A stretch of DNA of 58,440 bases, filler included, from Sphacelaria rigidula (taxonomy: Eukaryota), in assembly GCA_964200075.2 (NCBI GenBank). It is 9 parts of 9 records of this genome, joined end to end, with 100 filler letters (N's around TTAATTAATTAA, not from the genome) between each part and the next. Parts side by side here need not be neighbours in the genome. Positions count along the whole stretch, not along the records: positions 19,516 to 25,920 come from CAXNAA020020274.1; positions 26,021 to 32,424 come from CAXNAA020020275.1; positions 32,525 to 38,928 come from CAXNAA020020276.1; 6 more parts are not named here. One strand, 5' to 3'. Made by a program: the position numbers and the translations under genes. The notes under the pieces were generated by a model, which saw only the letters and a program-made list of their open reading frames with translations, did no database searches and had not been told where the DNA came from. This document shows positions 24,826 to 38,121 of the stretch, piece after piece; position 1 is the first letter of the stretch, and the number at the start of each line of letters is the position of its first letter.

Positions 24826-25280
24826 TTGATTGAACTTCTCAGACTTGACTGTCGCAACTTCAATCGAGGCACTTTTGGAGGTTGGAGGCATCACACGCAG
24901 CAACCAGCTCTCCGAATCACTTCAAACACCCTCAAGAAGGTTCAGCTTCATTGCTGCTTTCTTCGTTGTCTTCGCTTGTGCGTGCCGACGCCGTCCGTGG
25001 CTGAGGTCGAGGGGGTGTTAAAGTATGTGATCGAGCTATCGGCCATCGGGCACGCGATTGATCTCAACTAATCTCGGTTTCTATGTCGACAAACGGCGAG
25101 CGTGCGGGTTCCCCTCATCGAAGAGTACGAGGGCGGTAGAGACGTTCACTCTTCGCTACCAACCCTTCGAGCAAACTCAAATCGGGTCGTCACGTCGTGC
25201 AGTTTTGCAAGGAGAGCGAATAGGTCAAATCACAAGGATGGACCGACCAGGAAATCGGCTTAAGGAGGAGCGACAATGAG
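24826..25280 (+). pseudogene. Possible decayed pogo/CENP-B-like transposase N-terminus
   Basis: RNFNRGTFGGW, EVEGVLKYVIELSAIGHAIDL and GFPSSK...F..RY resemble the two HTH domains of pogo-like transposases. Frameshifted; no catalytic domain is seen. Confidence 0.3.
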
Positions 25281-27578
25281 GTGAGCCTGGCTGTGCTACT
25301 GTGTGTCCTACTGTGTGTTGCTGTCTCACCCTTCCTCTCGTTCTCCTGGCTTCCCTATTCTAAGTCTACAGCCAAGTGTGTGTATTGCATGCTGAGTGTG
25401 CTCTCCCACTGTACTGTGTACATACTGTGCTGCACTGTCTGTAGGTTCCAAGGGTCGGACGAATCGATGATTCGTCTGGAAATTACTTGAGTTTAGTGTA
25501 ATTGAATCGTACTGTACGAATCCATCCTTGAGCTTTGTTTTCAGCGTTGCAACCCAGGTACACACAGCCCAGGCACGTGGAGTGGCGAAAAAGTTGCGTG
25601 GAGACCTGTTTGACCAGCGGTCGACTTTTGTCTCTCTTTCAAGAAATTTGGCCTAAAAAATCGTGGATTTGGCTATTCGAACCGGCAATGACTCGTCCGA
25701 ACCGTGGTAGGTTCTATCTAAATTATCATGACAGCCAAGAGACAGCTGTTTCGTTCTTTCCTCCGTCGACCGGAACAATAATGTAAATCCGGTTATACAT
25801 AATCGGATTCGCACTTGACTGCAATCCCGCTGGCTAGAAGTTGCATATTGTAAAACATCTTTCAGATCCACAACCCTCAGATCCCGCTACGCTCTGATCC
25901 TCCACTATGCCCCTGTTATGNNNNNNNNNNNNNNNNNNNNNNNNNNNNNNNNNNNNNNNNNNNNTTAATTAATTAANNNNNNNNNNNNNNNNNNNNNNNN
26001 NNNNNNNNNNNNNNNNNNNNTCTCTTTTATTTATGTATGGGACTTAGGAACCCCCCCCCCCCCCACCCCCAAACACCTAGGATTCAAAAATTCGGCATAG
26101 GGCCTCGCATTTTTTGGGGAAGGGCACTCACTCCTGGGTCCAACATTAAATATTGGCCGACAAATGGGCCTGCACACTATAACTTCGCTTTTAGGCTGAC
26201 CTAGCTCGTGTGTGTACTGTATGCCTTCGCTGGATGCAACGGCAAGAAACAGTCAGCGTGCTATCGCCCTCCATATGACACAGTCTACTACACGCTGCTG
26301 ATATGTCTGCTTAGTGTTCCACAACGCTACAGTCAGTGTGAAGCTGTGCTGGCAACACGAGAGGGGTAAGGCCGGCGGCGAAGACCACGAGCAGAGTGAA
26401 AAGCATTTTGTTTATGCCCATGTTAGCTATGCTTAAATTTTCATGACCAAAATGAGAAGTACGGCTGGCCAGCGATGTAGCCCATCTGTTGTCCATCTAT
26501 AGGGGAACAAGTGACCATTCTGACCACAGCTGCTCACAGCTCTCAAAATGGCCACTCCGCTCCTCTCGGGCCTCCTTCCTGGCTGAGAAGTTTTTGTGAG
26601 AGACTTCCCCATACACATGGTTGACTTGGCGAGCTTTACGGCGATTTTGCGAACAGCCCTCCACCCCCTTGTAAAAACAAAACGTTCGCCCCCTCCCCTG
26701 GAAACCCCCGTATGTCCTTCGACTGTCAGCCGATGAAACTGTTCCGAGGCGTCGCTCGCAGTCTAAGGGTTAACATGGGTGCACAAGTAAAAATCCCGCA
26801 CAATTCGACGTACCCATTTTATATTTTGAACCTCTCAGGGGGTGGGGTAATAGATTGTCATCCCTCCATCCAACCCCCAAACGCCATACAAACTCCTATA
26901 AAACCGATCCCACTCTAAATCCTATACAAAATGAGGCAGCGTCGGAAGTGGGGTACCTCTGTGCCCCCTGATGTATGCGGGGGGTACCGTACAATCCAGG
27001 TACCGCCCCTGATACGGAGGTGCACAAATGAATGAAAATGGATAAGAAATGAGAAATATATAGATATAGATAAACAAAATGAAATGAAAATAAATGAAAA
27101 GGAAGAAAAAAGATAAGTAAAAAAGGAAAACAAAGTAAAGTAAATGAAAAGACGAGAGAATGAGGACAGAAAAGGAAAAAATCATATACAAATCAAATCG
27201 AATGATCAAATCATGAATACGAACATAGGGAAAAAAAAAAGAATGGAATGAGATAGGGATTCAAAGAATAAAAATGAAAAATAGAAAATACATCAAATGA
27301 AAAATAAAAAAGTAAGGCTCACTTCGGTAGCATGCCCTTTTGAGGTTGCTGACGTTCACCACAGTACCTAGTCATCACGGTAATGCACGGTAAAACTTGG
27401 AGGGTCGTGGATCATCCCGGTAATCATCTGTGAAAGAACCAGTCACCTCGAGGGTATTATCCTCGAAAAAAAGTCCGCTGTATCCCACACTAAATTCATC
27501 TTGTTTCGAAAACGGATCTCACAGTGAATTATTTGGAACACTGTACACACCATCATCGTTGTAGGCTCACCATGACTC

Positions 27579-27714
27579 CATACCCTCGACAATAGATTAT
27601 ATTGTGAAAAAATGTACTGCGTACAGTATGGTCTATTTCATTTAATGCAATATGCGCAATAGCCGATACTGTACGCAGTACACTTTTTGACTGTATTTTC
27701 TTGTCCAGGGTGTG
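27579..27714. mobile_element. hAT-type MITE copy
   Basis: CATACCCTCGACAA...TTGTCCAGGGTGTG. The flanks CATGACTC/AATGAGTC match at 6 of 8 positions. Same family as 42010-42147. Confidence 0.8.
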
Positions 27715-28699
27715 AATGAGTCCCTTCCGGTAATACCGATTTGCACAGGGTTTTCAATGTGAGTTGTGGTTGTTTTTGTAACCTTCGCCGAAGGTTACCG
27801 CCGCAGGAGATGGTCTTGGTTGGGGACCGTCTCCAACCACGGCCATCGAATAAACCCCAGCAAACCCACCGCAGCATGCAGATGTTTCCAACAATTGGGT
27901 ATTTAGCACGTGTCCGAGGTGTAACGCGAATTGATTGTACGCACGAAGTGAGACGGGAAGACAAAAAGAAAATGCGAACAAGAGAAAAATCGGCCCTCCG
28001 GGAGGGGGAGGTTTGGGGGGGGGGGTACCTATGCGTGCAGCATTTTTTTTCGTGCACACCTGTCTAACAGCACAAAATGAGGCGAAAAACGTGACCCGAA
28101 CTGAGAGACATGCTACCCCTTGCTGAGAAATTTCGGGCACTTACGTGGAGCGCAGAGCACCCCATCATTTCGACGTGATACTTAATCTTTCTTCAAGTGT
28201 ATACCGCTCTGTTCCTTGACTGGACTGACTCCTTCAGTCCCAAAATGAAATCCTGGGTAAGAGTGGGCATGCTACCGAACACAACGCGCTTTTACTTTCT
28301 TGCAGGACTCTCCGGTGCTGCTCCCGGGTCCAGTAGTCAGCATCGAAAGTCTGCGGAATCCTTAATTTCTTAGTTACTTGGATATTTTCCAAACTTCTTC
28401 CGCTTGACACCGCTCATCACAGTGACCGCTGGATGCCAAAAAATGGGGATCTGGAGATAATGTAATTCTCGCGACAAATATCGAAGAAAAAAAAACTGCG
28501 ATTAACAGCGAGTGACTCACGGACTTGACCGATCTTCGGGGGTTCTGCGAAAGTGCAACCCCAGGTTCTAGCATTTCGGTATTTTCGGTACACCGACTTT
28601 ATCCCGATCATATATGTTAATATATGAAAAGGATGTTTTTTTTAATCCCATCTTTTCACTGCGCTAAAGCCGGAAAACCATGTTTCTTGGACGATTCAC

Positions 28700-29165
28700 G
28701 ATCAATCACCCCCTCCTGATACATGGGGTCTGTACTCCGTATCAGCCCCACAACACCAACTCGGCAATTGTGATTTGAGCACGATCTGCTTATATTGCCC
28801 AAACTATCGACGCTAGCACTCTCGAGTGCGGATGGAGGATAGTATGCGAAAAAAACCCCGAAAAGAAGTCATCCACGGAAAATGCTGGACTGAGGTCCAT
28901 GCAGTAAAGGGGGATAGACGATCTCGATCGCTGTTTTGAGGAATTTTATACACATTCATTTATCTGAACATTTGACGGTTGGTTGCGAAAGAGCTAGATA
29001 ACTGTTTCAATTGGACCAAAAACGGTCAATGACACCCTCCAGATAAACGGGGTATCTTTAGTAGTCCGTATCGCCCCAAAAACACAAACTCGGGCACTGT
29101 TGTGGCTTGAGCGCGGCCTACGCTCTCCCCCCTAAATACCGACGCTATTATAGCACTTTCAAGTA
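28700..29165. repeat. Two diverged direct copies of a dispersed repeat, also present reversed at ~190-320
   Basis: CACCC(C)TCC.GATA.A.GGGGT...TCCGTATC.CCCC...AACTCGG at ~28708 and ~29033. Confidence 0.55.
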
Positions 29166-30625
29166 CTGTACTACAAGTAATGAAGAATAGTTCTCGAGAA
29201 AAAATAAAAAATTATAGCGACTACCAATTCCGCAAACTTCTGATGTGACTACTGTACTGCTTATTATGATGGAACGTACATCTCTCTTACCTGATCAGAA
29301 CGAAGTGGGGATTGCCATGAAGACAAAAGACGACCTGCCTCCAGCGTCCGAGGCGCCCAAAGTGCTGTATGCCACACGATCACACGACCGTCACCTGGGT
29401 CTCGGGGCAGTGCAAATAAGTTTCCTGTACTGTAAATCGTATTTTGTATGCAAACAACGTCATACGAAGGGGTACGAGATCCTCCAGTCCAGCCGTATCC
29501 GTGACACCGGTACGGTACATTTCACGGTTAGGACGAATCATCACGGGTTCAGATCACCAGATCCACGATTTTTTCTTCGGCCTAATTGCCCAACAAAGAG
29601 GAAAAAGTTGACCGCTGGTCCAAGGGTTATCCACGCAACCTTTGCGCCATTCCAAGTGTCTGGGCTGCGTGTACCTGGGCTGCAACGCTGAAAGCCTAGG
29701 GATTGATTCGTACGATTCGAATCAATTACACTTGAACTAAGTAATTTCCAGACGAATCATTGATTTGTCCAGCCCTTGGTACGTTTGGCGTTCATGGAAA
29801 ATTTCGTTATCACACAGGAGTGCCCAAAAAATGCCAGGCCCCATGCCGATTTTTTCAATCCTAGGTGTTTTCGGGGGGTGGGAGGGGGGTTCTGAATCCT
29901 TTACATGTATAAATAAATAAAATAAAATAAAGTATATAAATAAAAACTCGTGTTAATGAAGCTTCAATTGTTCGCATACCTTCGGAGCCAAGGTCAAGTT
30001 ATACTCATGAGTTTCGGCACTACATCGTACATCATACTTCCACAATAAGAACAAAAGACCAGACAAATACCAAGTGATCTGCAATGCTTGCACAATCGAG
30101 CTAAGCGCATTTCCATGCATCCATCTGCACCGCCAAATTGCGTCCACTGTTGTGGTGGCAGAGAGGGCTAACAGCCATGGGCGCTACCTCACCGAAGTCG
30201 CACTAAAATGGCTATTTGAGTATTTCTTACCGTGGAGAAAAAATAAAATCCCACGACCGCCGGAGAGGAGGGGGGTACATATTATGGTGTCGGAGGGTTT
30301 TTTGGGGGCACTCTCGGATCACACAGGAACAGCTCCACCAGAGAGAGAATCGAACAGGCAGCCGACTGCGCGAGGCGCAAACACGTACGGATTGGGAAAT
30401 CCATCACCGAATGGGTGTATACAGTAGTAGGTGGTCGTACAAGGGGATACCTTATGAGCATAATCGGACATGATTTGAGCCATTTGAGTAAACCATTTGC
30501 TGGAGGGAAACGGTGAACCGTTACTCATCCAAGTTCAATTCAAAAACAAATACTGCCGCTGCTCCAAGTCTCAAGAGCCACGGCGCACATGACCTACTGT
30601 AGGTGTATTTCTTCTTGAAAAAGGG

Positions 30626-30644
30626 TGGTGTTGAATAAACACCA
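30626..30644 (-). promoter_or_regulatory. Histone mRNA 3' stem-loop
   Basis: The minus strand reads AAACCCU-GGUGUU-UAUUC-AACACC-ACCC, 75 nt after the H3 stop. The GG...CC stem and 3' ACCC flank match the established histone stem-loop consensus; the loop is 5 nt rather than 4. Confidence 0.8.
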
Positions 30645-30718
30645 GGGTTTGTCGTTAAGCGCGAGAAGCCCTCTAGACCATCCACGTTGGTCACAGGTAA
30701 GGGGACCGCGCTCTCCGC

Positions 30719-31435
<717 letters not shown>

Positions 31436-32257
31436 TCAGCTGATATCACCCGCAAAGTAGACGCACTTCACACGAGCGGCGGGTCCGACACATTGGAGTA
31501 CCGGCGGAGCGCGCGGCACCGGTGGCAAGCTTTGCTCAAGAAGGGATCGTTGCTGTGGATTTCTGGCTGGAAAGGTGATGATTTCCTCCGTGGTGGTCTG
31601 AATAATGTTGTCTTCATTGGTGCAGTGTGTGCACAACGCAACGCCGGCAGGTGGCGGCCACGCTCTGGGCAATCAGCCAAGAGGATGCGTGTCGCCTAGT
31701 GCATAATGTATGCAATCCATGTGAAAAAGAATTAGGTCACTTGCTTTTGAGACCACGTTACACGACACGATTTTTTGCATGTATGCCTTCTACAGCCCAT
31801 TGCGCCGCCTCCAGATGTGAAAACTCTACATAAATTTCAGTATGAAAATCTGTCATGTGCGGTACCCTCCTGCTCTCGTGTGTGACTGTGCAAAACTACC
31901 TTGGTCTCCAGTGCATTCTGCTCTGTTTACCGTCGCTTGTAGTCCAGTGCCGCGAGCATTGGGAAGACGGCACAAGATACACAACAGTTACCGCCATGTG
32001 CCGTTGTGTGTTGCGTTGTCGGTTACCTGACTGTAGTGGAACTTGTGCACGGTTCACAGCGGTCTCCCGTTGTACTGCAAGTACTATGCTAGTAAGGTCA
32101 TTTTTTATGCTAGTAATCTGACCAAAAATTATGCTCGTGAAGCGAAAGTTATGCCCGCATTTATGCTCGCATTTCCAAAAACATGATGCTCGTTATTTTC
32201 GGCAAGGATGCTATTTTCGACCGGATACAGACCCACCGATCACTATATGCATGTCAC

Positions 32258-32329
<72 letters not shown>

Positions 32330-32359
32330 TAAATAATAAATAATAAATAATAAATAATA

Positions 32360-32400
<41 letters not shown>
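32258..32400. repeat. (AAT)n microsatellite with AATAAAT variants
   Basis: Directly visible. Confidence 0.98.
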
Positions 32401-32401
<1 letters not shown>

Positions 32402-32424
32402 TAGTGGTAAGCCACGGCTGACGC
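32401..32424 (-). mobile_element. Candidate Helitron 3' terminus
   Basis: The minus strand reads GC-GTCA-GCCGTGGC-TTACCA-CTAG|T: half of a GC hairpin, a short spacer, CTAG, then T. The contig end cuts it off. Confidence 0.45.
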
Positions 32425-32659
32425 NNNNNNNNNNNNNNNNNNNNNNNNNNNNNNNNNNNNNNNNNNNNTTAATTAATTAANNNNNNNNNNNNNNNNNNNN
32501 NNNNNNNNNNNNNNNNNNNNNNNNGGGGGCGTACTTATTTGTTGCTTGCCTTAGTCGTGTGACCATTGACCACGCATCCCTTGTTGGGGGGGGGGGAGGG
32601 GAGGACGAAGGGAAAGGCAAGGAGAAAAACAAATAATACGCGACGATAAATCTAGTAGC

Positions 32660-32795
32660 GATGAAACATCCGATGAAGATAGGAAGCATTCGATAAAGAT
32701 CGCAAGCATCCGATGGAGATAGTAAGCATTCGATAAAGATCGCAAGCATCCGATGGAGATAGTAAGCATTCGATGCAAGATAGCAATCACTCGAT
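32660..32795. repeat. 20/40-bp tandem repeat
   Basis: AAGCATTCGATAAAGATCGC / AAGCATCCGATGGAGATAGT alternating. Confidence 0.85.
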
Positions 32796-34094
32796 GAACA
32801 TGGTGAGCATAGCCGTGAAAACAGTAACATGAAATCTATAAATGGACGGCCCCTCCCGCACAGCTTCAGGCAAGGAGACCGTAACAGAAGCGCGGAGAAA
32901 ACCGCATTAAAAAGAACAATCAAAACAGAATGAAGGAGGTCGTGGAAGCAGATCAAGGATCAGCTATATTTGAGAACTACACAATTTGACAATCAACTCT
33001 CACCCATGAGCTGTGTAACATGGTGACCTTTGCGTGTGGCTGATCACAGAATACCCACATATCGGAACAGCGACGGCGCATACGTGGTTTGCATATATAC
33101 ATTTGCCTCTGCTGTCGGAACCATGACCCCAGATCCCCCGCAGCAGACCTTGTTCGTTGTTCTACTATGCGGGATGAGCTATGGTTGTATCCCAGGACAA
33201 GGTTTTGTTTTGCAAGAGCTGCGCACGTCTTCCGAATATTTTTTGCTTCATGTCTCGAACAGATATCCGACACGAGGAAAATCTGTCGAGGATTGGGCGT
33301 CATTCACAGCAGCCACTTAAAAATACAGACATCTTCCTTGTTATGAACAAAAAGGCGATATCCGATGGTCACTGCCGAGGTGTTGGCTTCCGGTCGGCAG
33401 GACACCTGCAACGGTCCGTCGCATGTTTTGGCAAAAATGCGTCGCTATAATTTTCGAGGTCATATTATCACTTGGCCGAGGGAAGAACTTTCTCGGAAAC
33501 TTACGTATGTTTGTCGAACTAACGCTAACCTTAACCCGTGGACAGCGAGAGTGTTGAATCAGCATCGGTTTCACTTGGAAAAAGTACGCATGGTCAAGAT
33601 GGACTACGTTCGCGGTCTAAGAGTTGACCCTAAACACAACCCAGGACATACCGAGAACCCTCGGGCCAGGGGAATGCAAAGGATGCTTCAACTAGGCAAA
33701 GTGTGCGTTGGGAGACCTCAAGTCGGCGCATGCGGCGCTGATGTGGGCGAAAATACGTTCTGCGCATGCTTTGAGCACTCGAGACTGTAAGCCCGACTAA
33801 AAATCTGAACAATCGATGATCACACTCAAATCAAGTGAAAAAACGTCCGGGGAAGTTCTTATCGATCGATCAAGCTGATATTTTTCTGCTATTTCCGCTG
33901 TTAAAAATTTCGCCACAAAGCAAAAAAAAAGTGAAATATTATTGAATGAAATAAAAAGGGAAATAAATGACAAATAAAAAATGAAAAAGTGCGGTTGCTA
34001 CGCTTTGAAAAAAAAAAGGAACAGCTTCTGGTAATATTTCGGGTGAAAAATCGAAAAATTGGAATGCGCGTGGAACTTTTTGTGTGACACCGCT

Positions 34095-34175
34095 GCACCC
34101 CGGTGATCCAACTGATGGAGGAGCCTCCAATTACACAGGTCACGAGTTCGAATCCCGACATGATGTTTTTATTTT
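34095..34175 (+). ncRNA. Degenerate tRNA-like/SINE head
   Basis: B box GAGTTCGAATCCC (34144-34156), a weak A box ~40 nt upstream and a T run downstream. Confidence 0.35.
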
Positions 34176-34242
34176 CCACATCAACTGGCAGATTTTTTTC
34201 CCTCCATAATCTGAGGGTTCTCTTGTTCGATCTAAACAGTGC

Positions 34243-34545
34243 CATTTCGAGTCCTACACCAAGCGAGCATATGTCTGGCCGTTAGAACGGCCGTGCATGA
34301 TTCAGTTAGCTCTAGCCATATACAGTTGCCGAGATCATCCATGATGACCAAAACGCCTTTGGATCCATCAGCTTCATCCAGTCCATCGCCTCTCAACGGC
34401 CCACTCTGGCAAATATCCAGATTATCAAAATGAATTACTTCGCCTGGCTGTGCACCATGCACTGTTTCTCCAAGTGGCCTTGGAATCATCTCGCTACCTG
34501 TCGAATCCAAACAATGAAGGCGCTGTTTGACGAGCTGCTCACGAG
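34243..34545 (-). pseudogene. Ty3/Gypsy integrase fragment
   Basis: RLHCLDS...IPRPLGETVHGAQPGEVIHFD...VLVIMDDLGNCIWLE...CTAVLTARHMLAW covers the end of the Zn domain and the first-Asp region. Confidence 0.75.
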
Positions 34546-34989
34546 CTTGATGCTATCTCGGAGCATTACCGATCCGCTATTGACTGGATGATAAGTCAAT
34601 CAAACAACCGATGAATCAATCAATCGATACCGGGTTGTAACGTACCCGTGCGGCGAAATGTTCTGTCGTGATTCCGCCGCGTTTTTTTTTAAGAAACGTC
34701 TCTAAACACGGTATCGCGCAGACACGGTACCGCGCCGTAATAAAATACATACCCGATACCCAATGCAGTACGAAAACATCATCGCCAAAGCGGTGGCAAT
34801 CAAGCAGCGGCGGAGCCGCATGTGACCAGTAGATATGCAGCTCACTAAGATGAGCTTAAATCGGGCTGAGTCGGAAAACTGACGAAGTTGGGTTGGCCCA
34901 CGGTTCCTAAGTTTTACGGCCGGCCCAGTTTGGATCCTTCAAGGGCACACGCATGGGCGGGCGGGCGGGGGGGGCGCTAACATGCCACT

Positions 34990-35640
34990 AGCCATAGCAT
35001 AAAGCAATATTTCCTCTGTCCCATAAGTCTGTGCCGTTATGTTCGTTTGATCGTTTGGGTATTTCAACGCTGACGATCATCCTACAGTTGGGTTTGTTAG
35101 AGAGATAACGCGCAGAGGAAGCTGACTCAAGAAAAGAAGAGAAAGAAAACAACAACTTGTTTTCAATACTAAATTCAGTTAAAAATACACCCCATTCTGG
35201 CCCTTTATGGTCCATTTACACCTCAATGTTGACCGATTGTGGACGTTTTTACGTCTAGTACTGGCGATTACATGCTGAAAAATGTCAGATGGGGCATGCG
35301 TAGGTTAACGTCACGGAGATATCCAAATCAGTGGTGGTTTTGCGGTTTTCACATTGTATTTACGATTTCTCGCGATCTCCTGGTCTGTCATGCTTTACTG
35401 GGAAAAAAAAGCGAAAAATGGCCATATTTTGACAGACCGACTTTTTCTCGGTCGCGATGCTGCACGGGTCAAGCACCCACGTTGCAGAAAGAGTATTGTC
35501 TTTAGCTAAAAAAACGCCAACGAATGCAACCAAAGAATCGAAAATCAAATCAGACATCGTGAAGGGCTCATACAAACATAACGGCACAGACTTATGGGAC
35601 AGAGCAAGTACACAAGCATGGTTACGTTATGCTATCCTCA
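34990..35640. mobile_element. Inverted-repeat-bounded element (~650 bp)
   Basis: CTCTGTCCCATAAGTCTGTGCCGTTATGTT (~35014) and its exact reverse complement (~35575-35604), with outer ATAGCATAA/TTATGCTAT. Confidence 0.65.
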
Positions 35641-35864
35641 GGTGTCAAATAATTGCAGACTTGTCGGCCGACACTCGACAAAAATAAATCTGTGTCAATC
35701 GGAGGCAGGGCAACGTGTACCCCACAAGCGTCGTGCTCCAGTGCTTATCTAATGAAAAATTGAGAACATATCACACCCTGAACATTGGATAACATCGTAA
35801 AAAACGTGTGCTGCGCATAGTATCGACTACGGCGTCTGTACTGCAATATATGCAATAGATTCCG

Positions 35865-36110
35865 TTTTATATTTTATATTTTAGGTCGGCCATCTCTTTA
35901 TGTGATTTGCTTTTGCTGATGTTTTTTATAATATTATTATTTTTCACGTCTTAGTCTACTATGTCGTTCTGTTCGACTTTTTTCTGCTACTTCGTTTTCT
36001 TGAAGGAGTGTTTTCATTCTGCTTTTCTTGGGTACGTCTATCATGCGACCACGGCTGGACCCATGGGTGGTCAGTTAAAGTGCGATAATCAATCAATCAA
36101 TCAATCATTC
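35865..36110 (+). mobile_element. 5'-truncated retroposon (LINE 3' UTR or SINE) with (AATC)n tail and 8-bp target duplication, inside a hAT-type MITE
   Basis: AGATTCCG at 35857-35864 and 36111-36118. A longer reversed copy lies at ~43305-43600. MITE halves flank both sides. Confidence 0.8.
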
Positions 36111-38121
36111 AGATTCCGCACTGTGTACGCAGTACACTTTTTGACAGTTTGCGTGCAAGACATTGTGCGCGGTGAGTGTAGCTTGCCTCTGTCCTCGTCA
36201 GCGACTCCATAACAGGTTGCGCCCCTTCTCCGAACACGAAGTCTTTCAGGCACCATATTGTGGCCGTTTCCCCAATCGCTGCACAAATGGCAGAAAAAAA
36301 AAAAAATGGACGAGCGCGAACGGCAGAGGAGAAAAAAAAGGAGGGGAAACCGGCACACGGACAACAAAAAGAGGCGGTCGTGAGTACTTTGAATTCCGGG
36401 CAGCGCATTTAGCGAACCAAAATAGGATGTTCTCGGCAATCAAGCGAGTCCGACTTTGTGAGCAGGCGAAAGGTCGAACGGATGTGTGTGTCCTCTAGCT
36501 GTAGGGTGAATGCGACTGTTGCATGCATCGGCCTACGGTACGACTACGTATGCTACCGAATATCGCGGGTCTTCGGCTGCTGTCGCTTGCAAAGCGAGGC
36601 GGATTTTTTTCTCTCCGTCATCATGCAGAGCAGCGATTTCGCCGCAAGCCCGGCGGCAGAGCAGATATGTGCAGAGTCGCGCCCCATGAGCATGACGACT
36701 CTGTTATGTTGAGCTCTTGTTGCCATATTATTCCACCGCTTATCCAGGGTACACGAGATCCGAACATGATGGGTACGTGTGCCTTGGGGCCTCTCGCACA
36801 TGCCGCTGGCGGCACTGTTTCTTATAACGCGTTCGTCTTTTCCTGGCTTAGGTCGCATCCGATGGCTATGAAAAAAGGCATGCTCACTACATGGTTATAT
36901 CGGTGATCCAGCGCCGATTTTCGCAGGAATTCCAGGCTTGGCGGATTGTGCATTCCACCTCGGAAAGACCTAACAAGATGCTATTCTCAACGGCTCAGCG
37001 CCGATTCCGCCGGAAATACGCCGCCTGACGGCTGGTGCAACCTAGGGTTTATTTGCGGGACTCTCCGAGAAGATTGCAGCGCACTTTACCGATCTTTTGC
37101 ACCCTAACCTCAGCTTGACTTTCGGCCGGACAATCAACTCTTCTCATGCAATTCGAAAAATAATCGGGTTCCCCCGAAAACATGCATGCAAGAGTCTCAA
37201 GAGAAGCTTTCAGGTCGTTTGAAGAGACGTTAGCCCGGTCGAAAGTACAGCTGGACGTACGAAATATCGGGAAAAGGGCGCCGCGCTTCTCTTGGAGAGT
37301 GCCGCAAAAAAATCCCGACAGTGTACCATCCGTCAACCTGCGTACTCCGGCGAAATCGGCGCTAAATCGCCAAAACAGGCAGTTTTCGAGGGAAATTTTG
37401 TTCCGCAGCGCAACAAGCGGGTGTTCCACACGTTGCAGCGCATCACACAGTCAGCACGCAGGTGAAGGGAAAAAAAATGCGCGCGGAAAAAGAAGGGGGC
37501 AGGGAGGGGTGTATTCGTGATTTTGCATGTTGCAGTGATCAGACCATTGACCTCGCATCCCTACAAAGCCGAGACGGAGCACCCCCGGGTTTTTGCCGGA
37601 CCAGGCTCGCAATCAATCACCAAGCGCGAAGCGCTGTGATGTATTCGGCGAGTCACATGAAGGGTGATCTGAATCCTGCTAAGACTGTTCGGCCCGGAGC
37701 ATGCCAGTTGTCTTGCATGCGGATGAAAGCCTCCAATAAGTTGCTCTATTTTCTGGAATCCGACACTTCTAGAGACAGCCACGGGCTACACTGGCTCAAG
37801 ACTGTCTCACCATTTTAATAATCAGTACGTAGTACGATCACCCCCCTTACGCGGAGCTCGGGTTCTCCCCCCCCCGCACAAAATGACTCAACTCGACCAT
37901 CATTATGGTTGCCGCAAAAAAAAAGGGACGCGAGACAAAAACGGTAACCTAGTTGCTTAGCTTATGCAATGCGTGGTGTGTTTTACAGCATCGCTGCCTG
38001 TTTACGCCAACCCTCAAAGGGGAAATGGGGGTAGCGGGCGTACTCATACCTTGCTTGCCCTAGTTTGACCATTGACCACGCATCCTGATCAGGGGGGGGG
38101 AGGAGAGGGAGGGGGGGGTAC

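Noticed and set aside
32084..32215. Repeated TATGCT(A/C)G motifs upstream of H3
   Set aside because: Short and irregularly spaced. They may be transposon subterminal repeats, but there is no terminus or second copy.
34271..34285. ATGTCTGGCCGT (MSGR), histone H4/H2A-like start
   Set aside because: A stop follows immediately, it lies antisense within an integrase fragment, and it is on a different contig from H3.
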